DNA from: Pseudomonas aeruginosa PAO1
GTDB taxonomy: Bacteria; Pseudomonadota; Gammaproteobacteria; Pseudomonadales; Pseudomonadaceae
DNA: 64,000 nucleotides
NCBI RefSeq assembly: GCF_000006765.1
Contig: NC_002516.2
Direction: 5' to 3' (one strand)
Part shown: piece after piece, positions 42,620-52,293 of the stretch
Layout: every line of letters begins with the position of its first letter
Numbering within the stretch: the first letter of the stretch is position 1
Program-made: the position numbers and the translations under genes
Notes under the pieces: generated by a model
The model's database searches: none
Told to the model about the DNA's origin: nothing
What the model saw: only the letters and a program-made list of their open reading frames with translations

Positions 42620-43666
42620 TCAGCAGCCCTTGTTCAGGCCGCCCAGGCAGGTGTCCTGCCGTGGAATGCCATTGAAGGCCTGACCGAAGTCGACCTTGAT
42701 CGGCGCCGTTCCATCGGCGTTGCGCGACATGTTGAGGAAGGCACCGGCCAGCGCGGCGACCAGCTTGGAGGGATCCTGCTGGTCGCGCCACTGGACGTTC
42801 TGGCTCTGCATCGAGATGAAGAAGCCTTTCGACGAGTCGATGAAGTTCTGCGCGTTGTTCGGATCCACGGTGCCGATCGGGAACGACTGGTACTGGGCCA
42901 GGTTGAAGCATGTCTGGGCGCCCATCAGCTTGCAGTCGTTGGAGGTCAGGAAGGGCAGCAGGACGTTCACCAGGCTGCCGATGATGGTGCTGTCGTGCAT
43001 GTCCAGGGCCGTGCCGTTCTTCAGGCCGATCATGGCAGCGCGGATCGGGTCGGGGTTGCCGGAGCTGTTCACCAGCTCTGCCTGGGCGGTGTACTGAGAG
43101 CTGCCGGTGAGAGTGATGGCGGTCTTCGCCGCCAGGCAGTCGAGGGCCAGCAGGCCGCAGGAAATGCTGCCTCCCAGTTGGCTGCCGGTGCCGTACAGGT
43201 CCACCGGCACGTTGCCGGTGAGGGTTTTGATATCGCCCGAGAGGTAGCCCTTGGCTTCGCCGAAACCGATACGGATGCCGACCATCTTGCTGCCGTCGTA
43301 GGCGAACTCGATGTAGGGATTGCTGATGAGGAACGGGTTGATCGCGCCGGTGGTGTCGTTGACCGTGCCCAGGGCGAAGTTGTCGATGGCGATGTCGGCA
43401 CTGCCGGCAAGCTCGCCGCTGCGGTTGTACTGGCCCAACTGCAGCTTCTTCATGTTCAGTTGGGTCTCGATGTCGGCGCCGAAGTTGATGCGGGTGAAGT
43501 TCAGTCCGTTGGCGGCGTCGGTGGTGAGGTTGATGAAGGCCTGGCCGACCACGTCGGAAAGCTGGTCGTCGTCCAGCGACTCCATCCTCGCCTGGGCGGT
43601 GGCAGCCAGCAGACCGGCGCCGCAGAACAGCGCGCAACGCAGCAGGAAGGGCAGACGACGGGACAT
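42620..43666 (-). CDS. Secreted DUF6160/FilA-like protein 1
   Basis: GAGG RBS, ATG 43666; signal peptide then RMESLDDDQLSDVVGQAFI; three Cys pairs in the mature region. Confidence 0.78.
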   Translation of the reverse strand: MSRRLPFLLRCALFCGAGLLAATAQARMESLDDDQLSDVVGQAFINLTTDAANGLNFTRINFGADIETQLNMKKLQLGQYNRSGELAGSADIAIDNFALGTVNDTTGAINPFLISNPYIEFAYDGSKMVGIRIGFGEAKGYLSGDIKTLTGNVPVDLYGTGSQLGGSISCGLLALDCLAAKTAITLTGSSQYTAQAELVNSSGNPDPIRAAMIGLKNGTALDMHDSTIIGSLVNVLLPFLTSNDCKLMGAQTCFNLAQYQSFPIGTVDPNNAQNFIDSSKGFFISMQSQNVQWRDQQDPSKLVAALAGAFLNMSRNADGTAPIKVDFGQAFNGIPRQDTCLGGLNKGC

Positions 43667-43870
43667 GGGCTCACCTCTTGTTCTTCTCGTGGCCGACGGC
43701 AGAGACACTGCGACCTGTAATCACTATAGAAAGCCCCGGGCGAATCGGGGCCGACCCATAGTCGAGAAAAACCGCCGAACGACGCGGTCGCCGCGCTCGC
43801 TGCAGCGGATGAGCGGTCGCTCGGCCAGGATGGATGTTACCCATCGTCACACGGGGGTAACGTCAGCCTT

Positions 43871-44473
43871 TCACTGCTGGCGGAACAGGCCGATCAGATG
43901 GTCGGCGATGGCGCCCTTGATGGCGTTGAGGCTGAGCAGGGAGTGTGCGCTGAGGCGGGCGGGGTTGATCCGGTGCAGGTGTAGCGAGGGCATGCGCGCT
44001 TCGTACTCGCGCAGGTCGCCCTTGACCAGGATCGGCAGGAACACGTCGTCGTGAGCCTGGTAACGCTGGATCAGCAGTTTCAACCCTTCCTGGAACGGCA
44101 ATTCCTTCGACGCCACCAGGCGGTGCTCGCCGGGAATCTTCAGGTAGAGCCCGCGATAGCCCATGGTCTCGCCCGGCAGGATATGGATCCCGGTGGGCTC
44201 CACCGCGGCCAGCGGGATATCGTGGAAGGTGTCGTGCCAGGCCTGCTCGCTGGGCAGGATGGTGATGCCGCCATGGTCGCTCTCGGGAATCACGAAGCTG
44301 TAGTTGCTGTAGAGCTTCTCGACATAGGCCGAGTAGATGCACAGGCGGTTCTCGAAACGTTTGAGGAAGGCGATCGCCTCGCTGCGGTTGGTGATGGCAT
44401 CCAGGTCCCAGGCAAGGTCACCCTGGTTCTGCAGTTCGGCCCAGCGGGCCTCGGCGTAGGCGGCGTCGTTCAA
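43871..44473 (-). CDS. Hypothetical cytoplasmic protein
   Basis: 200 aa ORF with normal codon usage; TTG start uncertain; no motif recognised. Confidence 0.65.
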   Translation of the reverse strand: MNDAAYAEARWAELQNQGDLAWDLDAITNRSEAIAFLKRFENRLCIYSAYVEKLYSNYSFVIPESDHGGITILPSEQAWHDTFHDIPLAAVEPTGIHILPGETMGYRGLYLKIPGEHRLVASKELPFQEGLKLLIQRYQAHDDVFLPILVKGDLREYEARMPSLHLHRINPARLSAHSLLSLNAIKGAIADHLIGLFRQQ

Positions 44474-44757
44474 GAGTCGGCATTCATTTGGAATAGACAG
44501 GCCAGGGGACTTCAGCAGAAAGCGTGCCAGCCCCTGGAAGCCCCATTCCCCGGACCAGGCGGGGCAGGAAAGTCCTTACGCAGTCATAAACTGCCGCTTT
44601 TCGACACTTCGGTGATAGCCAGATGCCACCTACCGATACCGGGCCCGTACCTGCGACGCAGACGTGTCGACGGCCTGCATCGCACTCATCGGCGGCGTCT
44701 GCGTCGCCCGTGCCTTTGCAGTACAATCGGCGCTTTTTCCACGGACCGGCCCTCCCG

Positions 44758-46056
44758 ATGATCGACCCCCGACGCGTACTGCGTGCGCTTGCCGAACACT
44801 GGGCCCTGCTCGAGCCTCTCTGCGAGCGCTTCGATGCCGGCACCCTGAGCCTGGCGGAACTGCGCAGCCAGTTGAACACCCAGTTACCGGAAAGCAACCC
44901 GGCGGAAATCACCGCCCTGCTCGACCAGTGGATCCGCCTGGATATCCTGGTCCCGGTGGCCAAGAGCCCCAACCGTTTCGAGCTGAACGCGCAGATCCAC
45001 GACTTCCTCGCCTACCTGCGCCACGAGCATCGCCTTGGTCTGTGCCTGGAGATCGAGGCCTACCTGCGCCATCTGGAGCGCCTCGCCGGGTACATCCAGG
45101 ACGCCTTCGAGACCCGCGACAGCCAGGACCTGGCGCGCCAGCTGCGACTACTCGACATGCGCGTGCGCGATGTACTGAAGAAGCTCGGCAATGACGAGCA
45201 GGCACTGATCGGCGTGGCCGAGCGGGCCAAGACCAGCGACCGGCAGATTCCCCTGGCGCAGCGCTACGCGGAGGTCCTGGCGACCTGGGACGAGTACGTC
45301 GAGCCGATGATCCAGCTGGTCAGCGCCGACGGCGCCTTCGAGCAGGGCGTGCGGCGGGTCGAACAGGTCCTGCTGCGCCTGCTCGGCGAACAGCAGCGCC
45401 TCGGCCACCTGGTCGACGACGACCTGGTGCTGCGCACCCACGCGCGCATCCTCGAGATGCAGACCAACGCCCAGCTGACCCTGCGCCGCGCCCGCGAATT
45501 ATTGCTGCCGCTGCGCGAGGAAGCGCGCCGGCACAACGCGGTGACCCGTGGCGCCGCCCTGGCGCTGGCGGCGATCCGGCGCAAGGGCCTGGACGCCGTG
45601 CCGCAGGCGGCGATGCCGCTGTTCACCCGGCCGCAGAGCACCTTCCTCGGCACCGCCTCGCAGGTCGAGAGCTACGTCTTCGCCCTCGCCCGCTTCGAGC
45701 CGAAGCCGGCGCAGTTCCCCAAGTCCAGCGGCACGCGCAAGAGCAACGGGCCGGCGCGACCACCGCGGACCGCGCGGGAAATGATCGAGCGCTGCCAGGC
45801 GGCGCTGCCGCTGCCGGACCTCATGCAATGGCTGCTGGCCCAGGAACCGGACGGCGCCACCGACGAGTTGCTCTACTGGTTCTCCCGGCTGTCGCGCGAC
45901 GCGCGCTTCCAGCGCGAACGCCTGCAACGCCGCGAGTACGAAACCACCGAACATTGCGTCAGCCTCTGCTCCTTCGCCCTGAACCCCGCCGCCAAGGACA
46001 AGGGCCAGGCCAGGGACGCAGACACCCTTTCCGCGAGCGAAACCCATGCATCTTGA
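44758..46056 (+). CDS. mksF: Condensin kleisin subunit MksF
   Basis: MIDPRRVLRAL.., first gene of an F-E-B cluster; TACAAT -10 at 44722-44727. Confidence 0.85.
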   Translation: MIDPRRVLRALAEHWALLEPLCERFDAGTLSLAELRSQLNTQLPESNPAEITALLDQWIRLDILVPVAKSPNRFELNAQIHDFLAYLRHEHRLGLCLEIEAYLRHLERLAGYIQDAFETRDSQDLARQLRLLDMRVRDVLKKLGNDEQALIGVAERAKTSDRQIPLAQRYAEVLATWDEYVEPMIQLVSADGAFEQGVRRVEQVLLRLLGEQQRLGHLVDDDLVLRTHARILEMQTNAQLTLRRARELLLPLREEARRHNAVTRGAALALAAIRRKGLDAVPQAAMPLFTRPQSTFLGTASQVESYVFALARFEPKPAQFPKSSGTRKSNGPARPPRTAREMIERCQAALPLPDLMQWLLAQEPDGATDELLYWFSRLSRDARFQRERLQRREYETTEHCVSLCSFALNPAAKDKGQARDADTLSASETHAS

Positions 46057-46741
46057 TCTCTCCGAACTGACCCAGCTCGCGCCGATCTTCCGCGAGCTGT
46101 TCAAGGGCTACCACATCAGCCACCGCGACCCCGAGCTGTACACCCAGCTGTCCTCGCACCAGGACCAGTACCGCGGCCTGTTCCGCGCCATGGGCTTCGA
46201 GCTGGTCTGCGACACCCGCGGCTTCTACTACTTCGTCCCGGAGCAGGTCGGCGCCCAGGTGAACAAGACCGCCCAACGCCTGGCGCTGTTCACCTTCATC
46301 CTCGTCGAACACCTCGCCGACCAGGGCCGCGACCCACTGTCCGTGCTGGACGGCGGCAGCATCGGCCGCGAAGAGCTGCCGCCGCTGCTGGAGAAATACC
46401 GCGACCTGTTCCTCCAGGCCGAGGTGCAGACCCAGGAAGAACTGGAAGAGAAAGTCATGCGCCGCCTGACCCAGCTCGGCTTCGCCTCCGAGGACAGCGG
46501 CGTGTACCGCTTCATGCCGCCGATGCACCGTTTCCTCGACGTCTGCCTGTCGGTGCAGCAGGACCGCAACCTGTCCGCCAGCCTGCACGCCGACCTGCCG
46601 TTGCAGACGCCGGTGCTGGTCGATGACGGCGAGATCGAACCGCTGATGGCCAGCGACGAAGAATTGTCCGAAGAGAGCGAGGAAGACGCCCTCGCCCGCG
46701 CCATCGCCGAAGAACACGCGCAACAGGAGGCTGACGCATGA
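46046..46741 (+). CDS. mksE: Condensin KITE subunit MksE
   Basis: FRELFKGYHIS, DTRGFYYF; overlaps mksF and mksB. Confidence 0.87.
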   Translation: MHLDLSELTQLAPIFRELFKGYHISHRDPELYTQLSSHQDQYRGLFRAMGFELVCDTRGFYYFVPEQVGAQVNKTAQRLALFTFILVEHLADQGRDPLSVLDGGSIGREELPPLLEKYRDLFLQAEVQTQEELEEKVMRRLTQLGFASEDSGVYRFMPPMHRFLDVCLSVQQDRNLSASLHADLPLQTPVLVDDGEIEPLMASDEELSEESEEDALARAIAEEHAQQEADA

Positions 46742-49584
46742 GCCAGACCCGCTACGGCATCCGCCGCTTCGCCCTGCTCAATACCGCCGGCTACAGCCTG
46801 GGTATCTTCCCGCTGGAAAACCCGCTGTCGATCTACGGCGCCAACAACCTGGGCAAGAGTGCCTCGATCAACGCCCTGCAGTTCCCGATCCTTGCCCGCC
46901 TGTCGGACATGAGCTTCGGCAAGTACAGCATGGAGCAGTCGCGGCGCTTCTACTTCGCCTCGGACACCAGCTACATCCTCCTCGAACTGATGCTGCCCCA
47001 CGGTCCGCACGTGATCGGCGTGGCCGGGCGCGGCCCGGGCGGCGGCTTCGGCCACCAGTTCTTCGCCTACGCCGGCGAGCTGAGCCTGGACCACTACCAG
47101 AAGAACGGTACCTGCCTGCGCCAGCGCGAGCTGTTCGCCAACCTCGAGCGCGAAGGCATCAAGGCCTACGAGGTGAAGCCGGAAGAGCTGCGCCGCCTGC
47201 TGGTCGGCGGGCACACGTCGATCCCGCTCGACCTGACCATGATCCCGCTGCGCTCCACCAGCGAGCAGAGCCTGAAGACCTTCCGCTCGCTGTTCATCAA
47301 CCTGCTGCACATGCGCGAGATCACCGCGGCCAAGCTCAAGCAGCTGTTCCTCGACGCCTTCGAGCACAGCCTGCGCTCGGGTAACGTCGACTACATCGCC
47401 GCCTGCGAGGAGGCGTTCCGCGACGTGCGGCGGATGGAGCAGGACTACCAGGCGCTGGTCGCCGCCGGCCCGCTGGTGGAAGCCCTGGCCAACGGCGTGA
47501 CCCAGCGCGACGTACTGCGCGGCAAGATGCACCGCCTTTCGCCGCTGCTCGACAGCCTGCTCGGCACCTGGCACGACTACGCCGGGGCGCGCCGCGAGGA
47601 ACTGCTGATCCAGCACGAGCAATACCGCGCCGAGCAGGACGGCCTGCAGAACGAACAGCGCGGCGGCACCCAGGAGCTGATGCGCCTGGAGCGCGAAATC
47701 GCCGGCATCCAGCGCTGGCTCGGCGAGCTGTCGGTACTCAAGACCCGCTTCGCCCTGGTCGACGACGCCAAGGTCCTCGAACAGCAGTTGCTCGCCGCCA
47801 AGGATGCCCACGACGAACTGGCCGGCGCCCTGGCCCATTCGCGGCAGTTCTCCAGCGAAGACCTGGAAGAGCGCCTGCGCGACCTGGAAAAACGCCTGAA
47901 GAACGTCCGCCAGCAGCTCGAACACGCCGACAACAACAGCTACGCACGCCTGCGCGAGGAGTTCAGCCAGCAGGACGTGGAACGCCTGATGCGTCTGTTC
48001 AACGGCGCGCTGTTCAGCCTGCCGCTCGGCGAGAACGGGGTGAACCTGGATGACGGCGACGTCTGGGTGAAGAGCGTCGAAGCCATCCTCGACCACTTCA
48101 AGGGCGAGCATTTCGAGGCTCCCGGACTGAGCATCGACCTGTCGCACATCGAACCGCCGGCGTTGCAGGCCCTGGCCGACCGCGCCGCCCTGCGCGACCA
48201 GAAGGAGCGCCTGGAGAAGGAGCTGAAGCAGCTCAAGACCCAGCAGAGCGTCGCTGCCGACCGCGCCGCGAGCAAGGCCCAGGCGGAGAAGCTGTACCAG
48301 GACGTGCTGGATGCGCAGAAGGCCCTGGAAGACTTCCGCCGCACCCAGACGCTGACCGCCGAGGAGCCCGAGAAGCTCGCCGAACTGGCCCAGCTGGAGG
48401 CGTCCCAGGACGAACTCAAGCGCTCCAGCGACGCCTTCGCCGAGCGCGTCCAGCAGCTCTCCGCGCGCCTGCAACTGGTGGCCCGGCAACTGGGCGACCT
48501 GGAGGCCAAGGAGCGCACCCTGGAAGATGCCCTGCGCCGCCGCCAGCTACTGCCGGCCAACCTGCCCTTCGGCACGCCGTTCATGGAGCCGGTGGACGAC
48601 TCGCTGGACAACCTGCTGCCGCTGCTCAACGACTACCAGGACACCTGGCAGGCACTGCAGCGCATCGACGGGCAGATCGAGGCGCTGTACGCCCAGGTGC
48701 GCCTGAAGGGCGTCGCCAAGTTCGATAGCGAAGACGACACCGAGCGCCGCCTGAAGCTGTTGATCAACGCCTACGCGCATCGCCAGGACGAGGCCCTGAC
48801 GCTGGCCAAGGCGCGCCGCGCGGCGGTCACCGACATCGCCCGGACCCTGCGCAACATCCGCAGCGACTACGACAACCTGGAACACCAGTTGGCCCTGTTC
48901 AACCGCGAGATCAACAAGCGCCAGGTTTCCAACCTGCAGAGCTTCCGCATCGTCCTCGCGCCGAACAAGGATGCGCTCAAGCACATCGACCAGATCATCC
49001 ACAGCGCCGGCCAGTACGAGGAAGGCGAGAACCTCTCGGTGTTCGACCTGACCCAGAGCGCCGAGCAGGACGCGAAGAACGAGGAGGCCAAGGAATACCT
49101 GGCTCGCCTGGTCGCCGCCAACCACAACCAGTTGGGCCTGAAGGACCTGTTCGAACTGGCCTTCGAGATCACCAAGGTCAACGGCCAGCCGATCATGCAC
49201 ACCGACATCGACGGCGCCGCCTCCAATGGCACCACCATGACCATCAAGGCGCTGACCAACATGTACCTGTTGCTGCACCTGATGGACCGCGAGCAGGCCG
49301 GGCGCGTGCGCCTGCCCTACTACCTGGACGAGGCGGCGGACATCGACGAGCGCAACCAGGCCGCGCTGCTGGAGACCAGCCTGCAACTGGGCTTCGTGCC
49401 GATCCTGGCGAGCGTGAAGCCGCAGGTTTCCGCACACGTGGCGATCGACCTGGAAGGCGGTAGCGGCCCGAACGGCATCTATATCGACGAAGCCGACTGG
49501 AAATACATCCGTCGCCGGGATGCCGCCGCCAGCGGCGAAACCCGCGCAGCCAGCGAGCCGGAGGAAGCCGGCGAACCGGCGTGA
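46738..49584 (+). CDS. mksB: SMC-like ATPase MksB
   Basis: Walker A GANNLGKS, long coiled coil, ASNG signature, Walker B YYLDEAAD. Confidence 0.9.
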   Translation: MSQTRYGIRRFALLNTAGYSLGIFPLENPLSIYGANNLGKSASINALQFPILARLSDMSFGKYSMEQSRRFYFASDTSYILLELMLPHGPHVIGVAGRGPGGGFGHQFFAYAGELSLDHYQKNGTCLRQRELFANLEREGIKAYEVKPEELRRLLVGGHTSIPLDLTMIPLRSTSEQSLKTFRSLFINLLHMREITAAKLKQLFLDAFEHSLRSGNVDYIAACEEAFRDVRRMEQDYQALVAAGPLVEALANGVTQRDVLRGKMHRLSPLLDSLLGTWHDYAGARREELLIQHEQYRAEQDGLQNEQRGGTQELMRLEREIAGIQRWLGELSVLKTRFALVDDAKVLEQQLLAAKDAHDELAGALAHSRQFSSEDLEERLRDLEKRLKNVRQQLEHADNNSYARLREEFSQQDVERLMRLFNGALFSLPLGENGVNLDDGDVWVKSVEAILDHFKGEHFEAPGLSIDLSHIEPPALQALADRAALRDQKERLEKELKQLKTQQSVAADRAASKAQAEKLYQDVLDAQKALEDFRRTQTLTAEEPEKLAELAQLEASQDELKRSSDAFAERVQQLSARLQLVARQLGDLEAKERTLEDALRRRQLLPANLPFGTPFMEPVDDSLDNLLPLLNDYQDTWQALQRIDGQIEALYAQVRLKGVAKFDSEDDTERRLKLLINAYAHRQDEALTLAKARRAAVTDIARTLRNIRSDYDNLEHQLALFNREINKRQVSNLQSFRIVLAPNKDALKHIDQIIHSAGQYEEGENLSVFDLTQSAEQDAKNEEAKEYLARLVAANHNQLGLKDLFELAFEITKVNGQPIMHTDIDGAASNGTTMTIKALTNMYLLLHLMDREQAGRVRLPYYLDEAADIDERNQAALLETSLQLGFVPILASVKPQVSAHVAIDLEGGSGPNGIYIDEADWKYIRRRDAAASGETRAASEPEEAGEPA

Positions 49585-49651
49585 AGCGTCTGCCACGGCC
49601 CTGCCTGACAGGGCCGTGGACTTTTCCGATAGGCCCGAAGCTCCCACGAAG

Positions 49652-49676
49652 ATATAATTGGTTACATTCGCATTTG
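49652..49676. promoter_or_regulatory. Weak Fur-like site upstream of hitA
   Basis: AT-rich GATATAATTGGTTACATTCGCATTT; only about 10 of 19 positions match the consensus. Confidence 0.35.
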
Positions 49677-49695
49677 TAACCCACGGGGAGAATCC

Positions 49696-50703
49696 ATGCC
49701 TGTTCGACTTCTCAACCGTTTCCGCCACGCCGCCCTGGCGTGCCTGCTCGGTTCGCTTTCCCTCAATGCGGCGGCCGATCCCGTCACCCTTACCCTCTAC
49801 AATGGCCAGCACGCCGCCACCGGTATCGCCATCGCCAAGGCCTTCCAGGACAAGACCGGCATCCAGGTGAAGATCCGCAAGGGCGGCGATGGCCAGCTCG
49901 CCAGCCAGATCACCGAGGAAGGCGCACGCTCGCCGGCCGACGTGCTCTACACCGAGGAATCGCCACCGTTGATCCGCCTGGCCAGCGCCGGCCTGCTGGC
50001 CAAGCTGGAGCCAGAGACCCTGGCCCTGGTCGAGCCGGAGCACGCCGGCGGCAACGGCGACTGGATCGGCATCACCGCCCGCACCCGGGTACTGGCCTAC
50101 AACCCGAAGAAGATCGACGAGAAGGATCTGCCGAAGAGCCTGATGGATCTTTCCGATCCGTCCTGGTCCGGCCGTTTCGGCTTCGTGCCCACCAGTGGCG
50201 CCTTCCTCGAACAGGTCGCCGCCGTGATCAAGCTCAAGGGCCAGGAGGAAGCCGAGGATTGGCTGACCGGCCTGAAGGCCTTCGGCTCGATCTACACCAA
50301 CAACGTCACCGCCATGAAAGCCGTGGAGAACGGCGAGGTCGACATGGCGCTGATCAACAACTACTACTGGTACACCCTGAAGAAGGAAAAGGGCGAGTTG
50401 AACTCGCGCCTGCACTACTTCGGCAACCAGGACCCGGGCGCGCTGGTCACCGTCTCCGGCGCCGCGGTGCTCAAGTCCAGCAAGCACCCCAGGGAAGCCC
50501 AGCAGTTCGTCGCCTTCATGCTCAGCGAGGAAGGCCAGAAGGCGATCCTCAGCCAGTCCGCCGAGTACCCGATGCGCAAGGGGATGCAGGCCGATCCGGC
50601 GCTGAAGCCGTTCGCCGAACTGGACCCACCGAAACTGACCCCGGCCGATCTGGGTGAGGCCAGCGAGGCCCTCAGCCTCGAACGCGACGTTGGCCTGAAT
50701 TGA
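49696..50703 (+). CDS. hitA: Ferric-iron-binding periplasmic protein
   Basis: Signal peptide; YNGQH, YTEESP, NNYYWY iron-ligand motifs of the FbpA family. Confidence 0.93.
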   Translation: MPVRLLNRFRHAALACLLGSLSLNAAADPVTLTLYNGQHAATGIAIAKAFQDKTGIQVKIRKGGDGQLASQITEEGARSPADVLYTEESPPLIRLASAGLLAKLEPETLALVEPEHAGGNGDWIGITARTRVLAYNPKKIDEKDLPKSLMDLSDPSWSGRFGFVPTSGAFLEQVAAVIKLKGQEEAEDWLTGLKAFGSIYTNNVTAMKAVENGEVDMALINNYYWYTLKKEKGELNSRLHYFGNQDPGALVTVSGAAVLKSSKHPREAQQFVAFMLSEEGQKAILSQSAEYPMRKGMQADPALKPFAELDPPKLTPADLGEASEALSLERDVGLN

Positions 50704-52262
50704 TCGGCGCCGCCTCCACGCCCGTGCGCCTGCGCACGGGCTCGCGCCGGCGAACGCCATTCTGGCTGCTCCTGCCGGTCCTGCTCCTCGCCCTGCTGGC
50801 CAGCCTGCCGCTGCTCTACGTCGCGGCCAAGGCCTGGGACGCCGGCTGGCACAGCGCCTGGCAACTGCTCTGGCGCCCCTACGTATTCCGCTTGCTGGGC
50901 AACACCCTGTGGCTGATGTTCGGCGTGACCCTGCTCAGCGCCCTGCTCGGCCTGGCCCTGGCCTGGTGCGTGGAGCGCAGCGACCTGCCGGCGCGGCGCT
51001 TCTGGAACGTGGTGCTGTGCCTGCCGTTCGCCATCCCCGCCTTCGTCAGCAGTTTCACCTGGGTTTCGCTGAGCCCGATGTACGAAGGCCTCGGCGGCGC
51101 CATCCTGGTCATGACCATGTCCAAGTATCCGCTGGTCTACCTGCCGGTAGCAGCGACCCTGCGCGGCATCGATCCTTCCCTGGAGGAGTCGGCGCGGATG
51201 CTCGGTCTGTCGCGGCGCCAGGTGTTCCTGCGGGTAACCCTGCCGCTGCTGCGCCCGACCCTGGCCGCCACCGGACTACTGGTGGCGCTGCACATGCTGG
51301 TGGAGTTCGGCGCGCTGTCGATCCTGCGCTACCAGACCTTCACCACAGCCATCTACCAGGAGTTCGAACTGGAGTTCAGCAACGCCACCGCGGCGATGCT
51401 CTCCTCGGTACTCCTGGCACTGTGCTTCCTGCTGCTCTGGCTGGAGTTGCGCATGCGCGGCCGCGGCCGCCTGGTACGCACCGGCCAGGGCAGCGCGCGG
51501 CGGGCCGAACGGGTCCGCCTGGGGCTTGGCAAGTGGCCGCTCCAGGCGCTGCTGGCGACGCTGGTGCTGGTCGGTACCGGTATCCCCCTGGTGATGCTCG
51601 GTTATTGGCTGTACGAAGGCTCCTCGGCCAGCTTCCCGCTGATGGAAATCGCCTCGACCCTGCTTTCCTCCCTGTCGCTGGCCTTCGGCGGGGCCCTGCT
51701 CAGTTGCCTGCTGGCGCTGCCGGTAAGCATCCTGGTGGTGCGCTACCCCGGCGCCCTGGCGCGCTGGACCCAGCGCCTGCCGTACCTCCTGCAAGCGTTG
51801 CCGGGACTGGTGATCGCACTCTCGCTGGTGTACTTCTCGCTGCACTACCTGCCAGCCACCTACCAGACCACCGGCTTGCTGCTGGTCGCCTATGCCCTGC
51901 TGTTCATGCCGCTGACCCAGGCACCGATCCGCGTGGCCCTGGAAAAGGCCTCGCCGCAGTTGGAGGAAGCCGCCCGCACTCTCGGCCAGACGCCCTTGAT
52001 GGCCTTCCTGCGGATCACCCTGCCGATCATCTCGCCGGCCATCGGCGCCGGCTTCGTGCTGGTGTTCCTCGACACCATGAAGGAACTGACCGCCACCCTG
52101 GTGCTAGGTCCCACCGGGCTGTCGACCCTGGCCACCTCGGTCTGGGTGCACACCGCCAACCTGGAGTACGCTGCCGCCGCACCCTACGCCGCGCTGCTGA
52201 TCCTGATCTCCGGCTTGCCGGTGTACCTGCTGACCACCCGGGCGCATCTCAGCACTCACTGA
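50700..52262 (+). CDS. hitB: Fe(III) ABC transporter permease
   Basis: Two EAA loops (LEESARMLG, LEEAARTLG); polytopic. Confidence 0.92.
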   Translation: MIGAASTPVRLRTGSRRRTPFWLLLPVLLLALLASLPLLYVAAKAWDAGWHSAWQLLWRPYVFRLLGNTLWLMFGVTLLSALLGLALAWCVERSDLPARRFWNVVLCLPFAIPAFVSSFTWVSLSPMYEGLGGAILVMTMSKYPLVYLPVAATLRGIDPSLEESARMLGLSRRQVFLRVTLPLLRPTLAATGLLVALHMLVEFGALSILRYQTFTTAIYQEFELEFSNATAAMLSSVLLALCFLLLWLELRMRGRGRLVRTGQGSARRAERVRLGLGKWPLQALLATLVLVGTGIPLVMLGYWLYEGSSASFPLMEIASTLLSSLSLAFGGALLSCLLALPVSILVVRYPGALARWTQRLPYLLQALPGLVIALSLVYFSLHYLPATYQTTGLLLVAYALLFMPLTQAPIRVALEKASPQLEEAARTLGQTPLMAFLRITLPIISPAIGAGFVLVFLDTMKELTATLVLGPTGLSTLATSVWVHTANLEYAAAAPYAALLILISGLPVYLLTTRAHLSTH

Positions 52263-52293
52263 CACCCACTCCCCAGCAGGCAGGCATGAACGA

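Noticed and set aside
40489-43720. Plus-strand ORFs of 728 aa and 511 aa
   Set aside because: Antisense to holD and the DUF6160-like genes, which have signal peptides, RBSs and a shared motif
43713-43732. las/rhl box upstream of the DUF6160-like operon (ACCTGTAATCACTATAG)
   Set aside because: The CT-to-AG spacing is 11 nt, not 12
44758-49584. Wadjet anti-plasmid defence system
   Set aside because: No JetD/MksG nuclease is adjacent; the divergent 43871-44473 ORF shows no Toprim motif
46228-50760. Long minus-strand ORFs (753 aa and 737 aa)
   Set aside because: Antisense shadows of mksE, mksB and hitA
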